DNA from: Squalus acanthias | Lineage: Eukaryota | NCBI GenBank assembly: GCA_030390025.1 | Contig: CM059440.1 | Coordinates: forward strand, 26,288,001-26,352,000 | DNA length: 64,000 nucleotides | Reading direction: 5' to 3' | Shown here: positions 1 to 12,915 of the stretch, in pieces | How the letters are laid out: each line of letters begins with the position of its first letter | Numbering within the stretch: the stretch's first letter is position 1 | Made by a program: the position numbers and the translations under genes | Notes under the pieces: model-generated | What the model was told of the DNA's origin: nothing | The model's database searches: none | What the model saw: the letters and a program-made list of their open reading frames with translations, nothing else

Positions 1-85
1 AGGCTCCCAGTACCGTGGAAGCTGCACCTTTATATTGTGTGTTGAATTTCACAGCACCAAAGCAACAAGCAGTTCTCTTGAGCAA

Positions 86-527
86 GTGTCAGCCTTGGCT
101 CAGTGGTAGCACTCTGGCTTAGAAGGTCATGTGTTCAAGTCCCACAGCAGCACAGAATCCAGGCTGATACTTCACTGCAGTAGTGAGGGAGTGCTGCACT
201 GTCAGCTGTTGTCTTGCAGTTGAGAAGTTAAACCCATGAGGCCTTGTCTGTGTCCTCAGGTGGGCGGAAAAGATCCCTTTAAACTATTCGAAGAATCACA
301 GGCAAGTTCTCCTGGTGTCCTGGCCAATATTACTTCTCAACCAACAGCACTGAAAACCAAATGTCTGGTCATTTATCTCATTGATGCTTCTGGAACCTTG
401 CTGTGCGCACATTGGCTGTCGCGTTTCCCTATGTTATGACAGTGACTACACTTCAAAAATACTTGATTGGCTGTGAAGTGCCTTGGGATGTCCTGAGGTC
501 ACGAAAGGCACTTTATAAATGCAAGTT
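86..527 (+). mobile_element. tRNA-derived Deu-domain SINE (SacSINE1/AmnSINE1-like), near full length
   Basis: A-box TGGCTCAGTGG and B-box GTTCAAGTCC; central aaagatccc...ggtgtcctggccaatatt resembles the Deu domain; tail gaaaggcactttataaatgcaagt. Confidence 0.75.
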
Positions 528-1782
528 CCTCCCTCCTTCCATAAATCTCAAATTCATATCTTTACTGGGCAAGGTTTGAACAGCTCAAAGAATGGGTGAG
601 AAGTGCTGCTTTTGGAGGTGCTGATGAAAGATATCTGTTTGATGTCGGAGGGAAAGCGTTTTGGCGGTTCCCAGGGCAGCAGCACCGCCTCATTTACCTT
701 GTAGTGCTGCTGCTGAGGTCTGGGCTGCCGGCATCAGCAGGACTGTAAGGCATCAGTTTTCAAACTGATGTGCAATGATTTTAAGTGGACTGTCCGGTCA
801 TCAGATTTCTGTCCATCGAGGCCCAGGCATACTGCACACTGAGCATAGTATACAGAGAATTATGTATTTGACTTCCTAGCTTTAGGAAATTAGGACACTA
901 GTCCCTGGGAGTGGCCATATTTGCAGGAAGTCCCTTGGGTATGTTGGTATTTGCAGGGAGTCCCTGGGAATCTCGATATTTGATGTGGGTGTCTGGGCTG
1001 GTGTCTATTTTTACAGAAGAAAAGTTTGAAAACAACTGCTGTAAGGTATTTGTACCATTAAAGGTTGAGATCTGCATAAGCAAAGTTCTATTGAATGGGA
1101 ATGTACCTGGAAGTCTCTATTTAGAAATTGATACTTTCTAACCCCAAGGCATCTAAATATACTTAATTTAGACTTGAAACCAATTGTACTGTATTTTATG
1201 AGGATGTGCTTCGATTAGCAGCTGAATGTGGCATTAAATGTTCATTGTATTATCTGAAAAGTTTATTTTAGGCACTCACTCATGCCATGATTTTGGGCAC
1301 AGCTTCTTTCCAACATGTTTCAATTTGCTGCTGAGCCAAATTTAGGATGGAGCAAAAGCTTTTAATTCTTTTCATCACATTTGTTCTCATTCTGTTGACT
1401 TGGCCCCAACATAAGTTATGCTTCGTAATTGTAAGGGCCGGTGCTGTTTGAGGATACAATTCATTTAACATGGGCCCCTTGGATTTTAGCTCCTTGTAAA
1501 TTAATATTGTTGGGTCTCCTGCAGCAGGACTGGCTCTTTGAGCAGATGCGATATGATTAGGACTCTGCTGTCGGCACGCCCGCTTTGGCAGATGTTAATG
1601 TTTTGTCCTGTTGTGTCTGACACAATATCTCCGCTGTTACTAAGGGAACCAGCGCCTTGTGTTTTTTTTTTAATGAGTTTGTGCTATCACCAAGGTGCGG
1701 GATCTCGGTGCCAGGAGTTGGCATAATTCCATTTCAGGCACCTATTATCAGCAACAAGCATTCGCAGATCAGTACAACACAA

Positions 1783-2005
1783 TTAGATGCAGAGTAACGA
1801 TCCCTGTAGTCTTTCCACTAATATGACTCAACCCCAAATCTCAGAATAGAACCTCCTACTGTGCCAGTGTGACATTTTTTCCATTTCCCATGCCAGCTGT
1901 CCAGTAGCCTCTGAGTGAGATTGCCGATTTGGGGTCAGTTTTGTGCTTTGGGCCATGTTCACTAGGAACTAAGTTGAGATTGCCCAAATTCACTTCAAAA
2001 TAGAG
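1783..2005 (-). mobile_element. LF-SINE-like fragment
   Basis: Shares ttagatgcagagtaa, ttccatttcccatgccagc and actaggaact..gttgagattgcccaaattcacttc with the copies at 9645 and 30405. Confidence 0.5.
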
Positions 2006-2199
2006 TGTTTCTCATCTTTGGGAGATTGTGTCAGGCAGAGCATATGGCCAGCAGTGGCTAAGTGTTTCCCCAGATGGAGAGGACATTGGAGACACAGATA
2101 TCCTGTGCCTGCAACCAGCTTGTATCAGACGATCATTTGCAGGGCCTCAGTGCAGGTGCTCTGACTAGTTCCTTGAGCTCTAAGACCTAAAACAAAGAA

Positions 2200-3845
2200 G
2201 AATTATAGAATTTTATAATGCAAAAGGGAGGCCAGTTAGCCATTGTGTCTGCAACCGCTCTCTGAAGGGGGTATCCACTTAGTCTGAATTCCTGCCATTT
2301 CTCTATATCCTGTTAATTTTTTTCAAATATTTATCCACTTTCCTTTTAAAAACTATTATGAATTCTGCGTTCACCTCTGTTTCTGGCAGGACATTCCATG
2401 TCCTAGCAGCCCTTTGCATAAAATAAATCTCCAAACTTTTTTTTGGTGAGCTTAAATTTTATGCACCTATTACCAACTTGCAGACCAGTGGAAATGGATT
2501 TTCTCCTATTCACCGTATCAAATTTTGAACAGCTCAATCCAATCTCTTCATAACCTTCTCTGTTCTAGTAAAAGAGCTCCAGTTTCTCTCGTCTCATAGC
2601 TAAAGGCTTTCCCTCGGTATTATCTCATTATATCTCTTCTCTGCCCTCTCTGTGGCTTTGACATCTTTCTAAGGTAGGGCACCCAAAACTGGACACAATA
2701 TTGTAACTTCAGCCTAACCAATGACGTGTATAGCTTAACATTTCTTTGTTTTTGTACTCTGTCTCTCCTGATGAAACCTAGGATCTCCTGCTTTCTCAAC
2801 TTATCGTCACACTTCTAAAGGTTGTGTATCTGAACCCCGAGGTCTTTCTGCTCTCTCTAAAATTTTGCCATTTATTGCATATTTCCTCTTATTCTTCCTC
2901 CCCAAATGTATCATCTCATTATTCTCGTATTTAATTTTATATGATTTCTTTATGCCTCATTTACTAACCTGCCTGTCCTCCTGAAGCTGCTTGCAAGTTT
3001 TTTCCGTTAACCAGTCTTTCTCTTTTTGTCATCTGCAGATTTTGATGATATGCCCTCTATACCCAAGCCCACATCAATATTACGAAGAGCATTGGCTCTA
3101 ACCCCAGGGACACACCACTGTTTACATCCCTTTAGTCCAAAAAACATCCATTAACTACTAGTCTCTATTTTCTGCCCTTGAGCCAACTTCTATCCACAGT
3201 CCCATTATTACAGTGTGCCTGAATTTTGTCAAAATCAACATCCTTTATCACTGCATTCTGTTATTTCCCCTAAGTCAGACTTGCCTTTTACAGATCAGTG
3301 CTGGCTGTCCTGAATTACCCCATGTCTTTTATCCAGTGTTATGGCTTCTGGAGCTCACTACCGATGTTAGACTGAATGGTCTATAATTACCTGGTAATTT
3401 TCTCCATTCTGTTCTATCCTTTGGCGTAACTTCCATATGCAAGGATGTTTGAAAGATTGTGCTCTGAGCCTTTGCTATTTTTGCTCTGACTTCCCTCACC
3501 ATTGTAACATTTTTCTTTTCATCCCTGATTAGCCCTGTCCTTTCTTTAACTATTCTTTTACTTTTTGTGTTTATAAAATTCTTTATTTCCTATTTATCTC
3601 AATCTTTCTTCATACCTCCTTCGCCTTTCTCATTTTTTTTTTTGTTTTCCCTCCATATTGTCTATACTCTGGTTTTCCTCTGCATTCGTAGCCCTAGATT
3701 TGTCTCGTGCCTTTTTTAAGTCTCATTTTAATTTAATTTCTCTACTAGCCCAAGGTACTCCAGCTTTTGCTGCACCCCTTTACTTCTGGTGGGCTATCTC
3801 GAGTCTGTACCTATTCAAATAGCAAATGATTAAGTCCCATTGTTT
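2200..3845 (-). mobile_element. Highly degraded CR1 LINE 3' portion
   Basis: Collinear with the younger CR1 at 36514-40371 (aaccttctctgttcta, ccaaaactggacacaata, ccccagggacacaccactg); no ORF left. Confidence 0.65.
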
Positions 3846-4439
3846 GCCCATTAGAAAAGAATATTACAATTTGAAAAACTCCTCTTATAATTGGGAAGAG
3901 AACCTTCCACAGTTTTCTTGGTTCACTAAAAGTGCGTTATTGTTCCAGCTTTTTGAATGTTGTGCTGAAATCCTTCTGGTTTTTCTAACCAGAGATTAAA
4001 GCAGGTTAATAACAAACAAAATATTACTTATTAGCAGAATAGAAATTCTTCGCTGTCGATGTTTTATTACAGAAGTGCTTCCATTTAAAAGCTCCATCAT
4101 TGAGTTGGTTCCCATTGTTGCTGAATCTGCTCGGTTTGTACTGAAAGGTGAATTTGGCAACCATGTGACAATGTGCTCACTCAAGATTTGCCCACGTGCA
4201 ATTACTCAGAAGTTACAAATATGACTAATTCAACTGTACATACATAAATCATGCGCACATCAATCTGGCCAGGATCATCCTCTATGTTGGAGTGTTTTAT
4301 TTAGCATTGTCGCTGGTAATACTTTCCATTCGAGGCATTCATCAAAACTCCCCGCTGCTAGAGGATTTCACTGTCTATTGATTAAAAAGCTCCACGGTAT
4401 AAACAGGACAGTTTTAGCAACAAGACTTAATACTTCAGA

Positions 4440-4473
4440 ATGCTCACTCATAATGTATGCTCACTCATAATGT
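4440..4473. repeat. Perfect 17-bp tandem duplication
   Basis: atgctcactcataatgt x2. Confidence 0.85.
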
Positions 4474-5418
4474 AATAGAGCTCAAATGCAACCAAAGTCC
4501 TCCCTTCCTCCAAAATAAACTGAAAATATTGAGTCAAATATACAGAAGACTAAAACTATTTGATTTAGGTACCCACCGACTGCTGGGGAAAAGGTAGGGA
4601 CACTTTTGAGAATAGAGTCTAATTTCACCAGATATCAATGCAGATTTGGTCCAGTAATGCATCCCCAAGATTTTTTTAAAAAGTATGCTTAACACTAAAG
4701 AATCGAACAACGCCCCAAGCAGCAGTAATATTAATCCTAAAATGCTTTTGTACTTACCTGTAAATGTAAAATTGTTTCTGTCTAGGGAGTGCAGTGTCCA
4801 TATGCCTTTCTCCGCCTTGTTGTATATGTGTCTGATTGGCTGTATAATTCAGAGACAGGATTGCTATTGAGTGTAAATGTAGAGACTAGGTCGTCATGTT
4901 TACAGGAACAGGCAGCCGTAACCCAATGGCAGATTCGTCAACCCACATTTTTCATAGGTCTTCAGTGCTGTTGATCACCTTAGGCCAGCCACTTGCACTA
5001 AAGAGTGTGGCCATTGGAGTAGGTCCTGCGTGCCCACAATTGGCTTTACTTTCATATCGATGCATCATGAGGTCATGATCCCGAGAACAATACTAAGGAG
5101 GTGACTGATAAAGGAAATTGTCATACTTTGGGATTTATTAACCATTTCTGCGCAGAAAGGAATTGGAAAAGTTAAGTTTGGATAACAAAAGGAAAATTGT
5201 TTGTCGTCTTGGTAATCAGTAGACATCCCTCGCACCTGTGTTTTGGGAAGTCCCTGGTTTCAGCTGGTTGGCAATGGTTGTCTGGCATAGGCTCTCTCCT
5301 CTGGGTGTGAACACAGATAAAATGCACACTTACAGTCAGGTTTTTAAACAGAAAGCTGTTCCGACTCAATGTTAGGATGCAAGGGAATAGTTAGAAGTTA
5401 TTTTGTTTGTCAAGCAAG

Positions 5419-5468
5419 ATGACCCATTAATGAGGGAAAGCATATGACCCATTAATGAGGGAAAGCAT
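5419..5468. repeat. Perfect 25-bp tandem duplication
   Basis: atgacccattaatgagggaaagcat x2. Confidence 0.9.
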
Positions 5469-6029
5469 AGTGTGTTCATTATTGTGTATTATTATGCAAA
5501 GACATACTGAATGAATTAAGTGAGTGTTCATAACTGCTGCTCTGTATGTTCATTAGCTGTCTGAGAACTAAAAAAGCTTAATGATTCATTCTGGCCTTGT
5601 CTCACTAAAGTGTAAACAGTCCACCTACTGAAGGATTGGCGAAGCACTTGTGAGCGCATGTGTGAAAGACATTATATCCAGCTCGTATGTCAAGGGATGC
5701 GCATTGTTACATTGCTTAGATTACACTATTATATAAGTAGATATTGGGCAGTGCAAGCCAGCTCTGGAACGTAAGGGACTTGGGATCCACTTACGGGAAT
5801 GATTGATGCCACTGAACCCGAGAAGGTATCTACAGCAGATCAAATTTGTAACAGATGTACCGAGCACTAGTTTGCACCGCTGAAGGACAGTACATGGTGT
5901 CATGTACAGAGAACTCCATTGCTACTAGTCCTGACTGCCGGTCTAGTGATTGTAGCTGCATGTACCTGTAATAGAGGGTAACATCCTGAGAATTGTGGCT
6001 GTCTCCAACTTTGTGCTGGTCTCTTTCAG

Positions 6030-6113
6030 GGTTCATACTGGGCCATTGACACTAATCCAAAGGAGGATACACTGCCCACTCGGCCAAAGAAGAGGCCGCG
6101 ATCAGGAGAAAGG
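6030..6113 (+). CDS. FOXJ3: Forkhead box protein J3, coding exon (end of forkhead domain and basic NLS-like stretch)
   Basis: tttcag|...|gtaggt; encodes [28 protein letters not shown], matching vertebrate FOXJ3; 84 nt, phase 0/0. Confidence 0.95.
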
Positions 6114-6789
6114 GTAGGTCTAAATTTTGGATTTAACTGATTGTGAAATTACGATCGGAATGTGAGAGATGATGGTTAAAGATACTTTGTTTGGTAGTGA
6201 AACAGTGCCTTGTGGTTGCAACGTGCCACATCATGAAATGTGAATACTGCTTTATGTCTGCGATTAGTCACAGAGGTCTCTGTTTTGTATGTGTATAGGT
6301 ATATTTACCTGTTGCTCTGCTTTGGAATTCGGTTACCTTCAGAATGAACTCTACTCTCTGTCCTCCATCTCCGAAGTGCTTTATTTGAATAGACTGTGAA
6401 TGAGAGATTTTAGATTAACTTCTGAAGATACCCTCCTTAACTTCTAAAAGTTACCCTTTGACATTAACAAGTCTATTACATCTATGTACTGCACTACAAA
6501 AGCCTATAAACATTTGATTATCTGATGTTGCCCTCCTGGTTTTTAACCCTTAAACTCTTTCTAAAACTCTTTAATTACAGGCAGTCTGAAGTGTTGTGTC
6601 ATTCAAAACATGAATACAAAATAAATGGAGGAAACGTTCATTGTAACTGTGAAATGTGGAACTAATATTAGTGGAAACAGCTAGGGCTAGCAGATTTCTG
6701 GATTGTGGAGTGTCCTTGTTGCCATTCATCTGGTCACACCAATGTCCAGAAATTCAAATTTACTCTCTTTGTCTTCGTCTTAGCGAGAT

Positions 6790-7190
6790 ATATTCTGTGT
6801 TAGTTGACTTCTGCTGGAGTCTCGTACCACAGGAATGGCTGCCCTTTGGTTCCTCGTCCAATTGGTCATTCTTCATGCATGAGTGTTGGCCTCCTATTCA
6901 ACCCAGTGGAAGGGGGAGGCGCATCACAGCCAAGTCTGGTACTATTCTCGCCCAATAGGGAACATTTTATTGGAGCCTGATCCTGTCCTCACTACATACA
7001 CTTCCTAGAGAATGATCGAATGGGAATACTGGCTGATTTTTTTATCCCCTCACTCCCTACATTTGGAGGCCAGTTGTAGAGCCCCCACCAGCATTCTACC
7101 TGAGATCATGTAACAGCGTAGACTAGGACTCAAACCTGGGACCTTCTGGTCTGTGTGACCCTGTTGCACGCGGCCTTTACCAAATCTGTT
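6790..7190 (-). mobile_element. Old tRNA-derived SINE, unclassified 'family B'
   Basis: Reverse complement matches the copies at 13805, 32621 and 34905 (gagcctgatcctgtcctcac, ctggctgatttt, ccttctggtctgtgtg). Confidence 0.6.
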
Positions 7191-8029
7191 GAAGGATCTC
7201 TGGCCAGATGTGTTGATCGCTGTGATACAGCTGCTTGAGATTCAAGTAGCTTATTGTTGGATCATGCATTTCTTTCAGGAACCTTAACTAGGATTTGTAA
7301 TACAATTTGACTGTTAATCTGCTAATTTCAAAACTATATCTTAAAGTACCTTTTATATTTTACTTATAATATTAGTCGATCTCCTGTGGTGTTGAACACG
7401 GGAGTCACAATGGAGAACTTTGACCTTGTTGTCCCTAGAGTGTGGTGCCTGGGTTTATTTTGTAATTTTATTTGTGCCTGATTTAAACTCGGTGACCTTA
7501 CCTTTGTTTACCTTTACGAGCATATCTGCTATTCTCCAAGGAAAGGATTATATTTTTAATTTGGCAAATTGTTGGCAGTACTACAATATTAACAAATCTG
7601 CCACCAACACTGTTAAATTGAGATTTAGGTACATTAAAACAATGAAAGGACAAGACAGCGAGCAACTGATTTGTAGGTATCTGTCTATTGTAGCTTTTTC
7701 TGAAATAGTTTGACACCGCTAACTAGTAACTAACGTGGAGGTTCATAACAATAATGGGTGCCTGTAATTTCAGACTGACTATATTGAATGATCAAAGGCT
7801 GTGAAAGCAACAGGCTTGTCTCTGTATTACAGATTATTCAGTGTGGAGACTGGAGGGGCTTTGAACAAACTGCATGTCTATTCTGGGTCTTGACCCAGTC
7901 CATAATCTGTTTGGACTTTCCAGTAGGCATAATTAGGGTTACTACTTAACTTTTTTGGGGGGGTGGGGTGGGGGTGGCAAAATAATTTTCATTCTGCAAT
8001 TATTTTAGGACTCCAAATATAACTTAACA

Positions 8030-8272
8030 CTTGGAAGCTTTCCACTCCTGATAGCTATCTAGTGACTCCTGCAGGAGAGAGCGGATCTATGGATGCCTGG
8101 TGAGAACACAGTGTGATTCGGTTGTGATGCACTTCAAGGTCAGATGGCCTGCTGAAATGCATTGGCTAGTCTCGCCATGCAAGAATGGTCATTTGGCTGA
8201 GATACCAGAGGACAGCAATTTCCAATGAAACTGCACTTCAGCAAGAGTCAGCCCCTGCAGGAAAAGGGAGGA
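8030..8272 (+). mobile_element. SINE family B, partial
   Basis: ctcctgatagctatctagtgactcctgc...aagaatggtcatttgg...gagtcagcccctgcagga. Confidence 0.55.
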
Positions 8273-8533
8273 GTTTTTTTTAATAGAAAAATCAAGTATT
8301 AAATTTGTTGCAGACAAATTAACAGTTGTTCCACCATTGCATATGGTCTGGGTGTGTTACTGTAAATTACTTTTTAGGTTTTCAGACACTCCACAAACAC
8401 TTATCTTTGATACATCTGATATAAATTGAATCTCTCTATAATGTAATTTAACATATGGTGGCTGGGAGTTTCTGTGCTGTGTATCTTGCGACTAACCTCT
8501 ATGTCCCTGTGCTCTGCTGCCTCTTTGTTACAG

Positions 8534-8635
8534 GCCTCAACGCCGTACAGCCTGGACTCCGAGCCTTTAGGAATGGACTGCATCATCTCTGGAAGTGCCT
8601 CTCCAACCTTGGCAATCAACACTGTGACTAACAAA
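8534..8635 (+). CDS. FOXJ3: FOXJ3 coding exon (probable cassette exon)
   Basis: ttacag|...|gtactg; [34 protein letters not shown]; 102 nt, phase 0/0. Confidence 0.93.
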
Positions 8636-9474
8636 GTACTGCTGCTTTAATTCCACCTTCTTGTCACTGCTTGTAGCTTTGGTTAAATGTTTATTACAGC
8701 GAGACAACACATTTCCTGTGAACCATACAATAGCGATAGCATTTACTGAAACCTATTTAAGAAGAATAGTTGGATCTAATTGCTTTATCCTTTTTTTAAA
8801 ACGTAGTTGGGTAAGGATTAGTCATATTTTTAGTTTGCTGTTTCTTTTCCTAATTTGAGAACACTGCTAAATTAGCACAAACTCACATTAAAACAGTTTG
8901 CAAAGGGAATATAGAAGACTATGTGACTGTTTGAAGATATCTCTGTCGATTTATAGTTTTTCTCTGAAATGATTTGGCAGGTCTAACAAGTAATTAACTT
9001 GGAAGTAAGCAATAATGACGCCTCTTCTGGATTTTTTTTTTTGCTTTTATTATTCACATTTCCCAGCCTCTGCCAAAAGCGTCCTGTATGGAATCAGTCC
9101 AGAGTAACTTGCAATTTGATTGCTACTGTGAAGAACCCAGCCTCCATTCATCACTTCCCCTGATGACACAGCAGTGATTGAGAATCCCTGTGGGGAGCCA
9201 ATTTACATCCTGCCAGCCCCTGGCATGACACAGTGTACCATTCCAAATTAAAGCTTTTAATCTTGTTTGCATCTTGCATTAACCCAGTAGATTCAATGCA
9301 GACATGCTGCATGGAACAGGAAGAATTCCTTCTGTGCGTGTATATACACCACTCTTATGAAATTTGGGTCTAGTTTATAGATGTCAGTCAGGAGAGTGTT
9401 TTTAATAAATATTCTTGCTCGTTGAGATGAGGAATATTGGTGCTGTGGAATGGCAAACTTTCACATCCCTAGTG

Positions 9475-9608
9475 CAATGTCCCCTTTAATTTTTTTGGGT
9501 GCGCGGCCCATTCAAAATACTGCGCATGCGCAGTTTTTCCTTTTTAAAAGCCGGTGAGCCGGCTGCGCGGGAGCTGCAGAGCGCTGCGGCAGCTTAAAGG
9601 GAACACTG
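9475..9608. mobile_element. hAT-type MITE (134 bp)
   Basis: TIRs caatgtcccctttaa / ttaaagggaacactg; exact 8-bp TSD ccctagtg at 9467-9474 and 9609-9616. Confidence 0.9.
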
Positions 9609-9644
9609 CCCTAGTGTCTCTCCCAGGTCTAGGGTATAGCACTG

Positions 9645-9972
9645 TTAGATGCAGAGTAAAGTTCCTTCTATTTTACCCCAACAATATGTTTTAGCTTCAA
9701 ACTCAAAAGAGCACACATTCTGCACTGACCTTTTTTTCCATTTCCCACACCAGCCATCCTGTAACCGTTCTGAGTGAGCCTAGTGGGGAAATTAAAGGTG
9801 GTTTTGTGCTGTGTGGGCCCATGCCTACTACAAACTGGACTGAGACTACCAAAGCCCATTGCATGTGGGATTCTCAGCCAGCAGACAGAGAGGCTTTCAG
9901 ACCATAACTCCAGGCTGAATTTGAACCTTGGTCCTAGTGCTGAAAGATGTGTCTAACCTAGTTGCCCAGGGG
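9645..9972 (-). mobile_element. LF-SINE-like element
   Basis: aactggactgagactacc and ggctgaatttgaacc (B-box on the - strand) resemble the LF-SINE 5' half; similar to the copies at 1783 and 30405. Confidence 0.55.
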
Positions 9973-10679
9973 AGTTCTGTTTTTTTTTGAAAAGCTATTG
10001 CTGAGATTTACAGTTGGTTGGCAGAGACCACGGTAAAATAAATCAGCAAGAGATTAAACAATGAAATTGTTCAGGCACTACCATGCCTTCAATTACCTGA
10101 ATTCATCTTTATAACATTTGCTGGACTAAAGTGAGACTCCTTTGCCTGTAAGGAGGATGCCTTGAATTGGGGATAATGGATTACACATGGGTGAGTGCCT
10201 CATATGCTGGATTCCCATGCTTTTCGTGTTGCCCTTAACATTGAACTGGACGATGAACATGACCCAAGTAATGTTTGAATAGTTGGCTTTAGTTTGCAGT
10301 GATATTTATCTGCTTGGATTATTCTCCAGGGAGTTTTTAAGCACACTTACCAGCGAGGATTATGCGAATGTTCTAATTTTTTCAATTGTGTAATGTCATA
10401 CAAGAGTTAATGGAGAGATACTGGGAGTATCAGAGAAAAAGGGCCTGTGATTAGAATGTAAAGAAACCCCGCTAGTTCTCTGGTTGCTCTCTGCCTGTGT
10501 AAATACTAACTGGCTGGTTGTGTTTAAAATAAGACGATATGAGCCGTAGGGTTAAAAAACAAAATGCCATATTTTCAGACAGTTTAGTTCAAGTAACTTT
10601 AGTGCTGCAGCCGGATTTGCTGAATGCAACAACAACCCACAAATATATTCTTCTCCACTTGCTGTATATTTAAACGCAT

Positions 10680-10930
10680 TTCCTTTCTCCCTGCAGGCTC
10701 AGTGGTTTTATTACCATTGGCCGTGGCCAGGTTAGGGAGGGGGAGATCAGCCAGGTTTCTGCTCCAATCACTTCCTGGTGAGCCTGTGCTGGAAGTGGGG
10801 GCATTGAGTGAGGACAGGATCAGGCCCCCTCCAGTTGAATATCTTGCCAACAAGACTCGCACATGAATAACAGCTGCTTAGACGAGGTCTGCATTTGCAG
10901 TAGAGGAGAAAACCGGAGAAGGGAGGGGGG
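10680..10930 (+). mobile_element. SINE family B, partial
   Basis: atcagccaggtttctgctcc...gtgaggacaggatcagg...gttgaata. Confidence 0.55.
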
Positions 10931-12238
10931 AATAGGTCTCTGATCGAAAAGTACAGTGCATATACTGATTTGTAAATTGAGATGGAACTGCATCACTGTT
11001 GCAGTACTGCCTGAATTAAGGCATGCCACCCTCTCCAGTGCATTCTGAAGCCCATTGTATCTAAAGCTGAATGTAAACACAAGTTCGTTTCAGTCTTGTT
11101 TGGAACATGCCTTATTTTGAAATGATTTGCAAGCCACAGGCCTTGTTGGTTTGTTTTAAAATGGCTCGCCAGTAGGCAATGTAACATTGCTCTTGCCTGA
11201 CTTTAGCGGAATATTATTGGTTGCATGAGTGAACTGTGTGTGCTTTAGTTTAGAATTTTTTATTACTTTTGATCATCTTCCATAGAGCAAAATCTGTATG
11301 TTCTTAGGAAAGTTTTTTTTGGGGTTTGGCCTGTGTTGACAGTGCCAGCCTGCTATGCATATGGTTAACCACATACCCAGCAGTAATTCCAGATGGCACT
11401 GGGGTGTGTTTAATGCATGGGAATTGGATGGATTCACTTTTCTGCTCAGGACTTTAAACTTTGTTTTCAGCACTTGCAACAACAACTAACAAAAGTCTGT
11501 AGTGAAGAAAGAGGGAACGACGAGTAGTTTGCATTGCATAGCTGCTCCCCTTGAAGAGATTCTAACATGCTCATTTAAGCATGGAGCTAATGAAGAGGCA
11601 ATTTTTCTTCCCCTCCCCCCATTTGCTTCCAATTACCTCTCCTATATGGGTTAGCGCCTTGCTGGAGTATAGTTCCACGAGGCCTCCAATAGAGAGTGTC
11701 TGCAGGCTAATTAACCATAGGACCATCACGTGTAAACCTGAGCTCGTACTCGTCTGGCATCCACACATGTATTTCCAGCAGGGGTCACTAGATAGCCCTA
11801 AAAAGACGAATTGTACTGCCCATACCACCACCCTGACTGAGAGCAGCGAATGAAGCAGAGATCAGGCATTGAATCTGGACCTCATGGCTCAGCTATTCAC
11901 GGCCTTAGCCTCCTGAAGAGCCAAGACTAACTTCAATAGACAGACTTTGAATAGGGCCGGAGCTGAGCCATCTAAGCAGTACGTACAATGCCTTTTGGGA
12001 ATGTTCTTCTTAGTAACGCATTTTGTGTGTGGATTGTGTAGAACTGTTAATACATGGCTATTCATATCAGACCTGTGTTTCAGTATCCGTGTCAGCTTTA
12101 CTGAGCTAAACCCAAGTGAAGCCTTTATTGAGTAAAGATCATGTGTTGAGGCCATGCCTCACTTGGGCACTCTGTGCTGTCACATATTCAGAATTCTTAG
12201 CAATATAAAAGCATAGCCACACAGGTTATTTAGCATAT

Positions 12239-12915
12239 TAGAATCATAGGATGGTTACAGCACAGAAGGAGGCCATTCAGCCCGTTGAGCCCGTGCCGGC
12301 TCTCTGCAAGAGCACTTCAGCTAGTCCCATTCTGCCGCCCCTTCCCCGTAGCCCTGCAAATTCTTTTCCTTCAGGTACTTATCCAATTCCCTTTTGAAAG
12401 CGATGATTGAATCTGCCTCCACCACCCTTTCAGGCAGTGCATTTCAGATCCTAACCACAAGCTGCGTAAAAAAGTTTTTCCTCATGTCGCCTTTGGTTCT
12501 TCTGCCAATCACCTTAAATCTGTGTCCTCTGGTTCTCAACCCTTCCGCCAATGGGAACAGTTTCTCTCTCTCTACTCTGTCTAGACCCCTCATGATTTTG
12601 AACACCTCTATCACATCTCCTCTCAACCTTCTCTGCTCTAAGGAGAACAACCCCAGCTTCTCCAGTCTATCCACGTAACTGAAGTCCCTCATCCCTGGAA
12701 CCATTCTCGTAAATCTTTTCTGCACCCTCTCTAAGGCCGAACCAGTGTTTTAAAAAGGTTCATCGTAACTTCCTTGCTTTTGTACTCTATTTACGAAGCC
12801 CAGGATCCCATATGCGTTTTTAACCACTTTCTCAACCTGCTCTGCCACCTTTAACGATTTGTGCACATATACCCCCCAGGTCTCTCTGTTCATGCACCCC
12901 CTTTAGAATTGTACC
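12239..12915 (-). mobile_element. CR1 LINE 3' fragment (ORF2 C-terminus and 3' UTR)
   Basis: QKRFTRMVPGMRDFSYVDRLEKLGLFSLEQRRLRGD...RTRGH...FFTQ; CR1-type short-repeat tail. Confidence 0.9.

Noticed and set aside
5419-5468. CRISPR-like or other array
   Set aside because: Only two adjacent copies with no spacers, in a eukaryotic intron; a simple slippage duplication
1-6029. Upstream forkhead-domain exons of FOXJ3
   Set aside because: No KPPYSY or NSIRHNLSLN coding sequence seen; these exons must lie before the window
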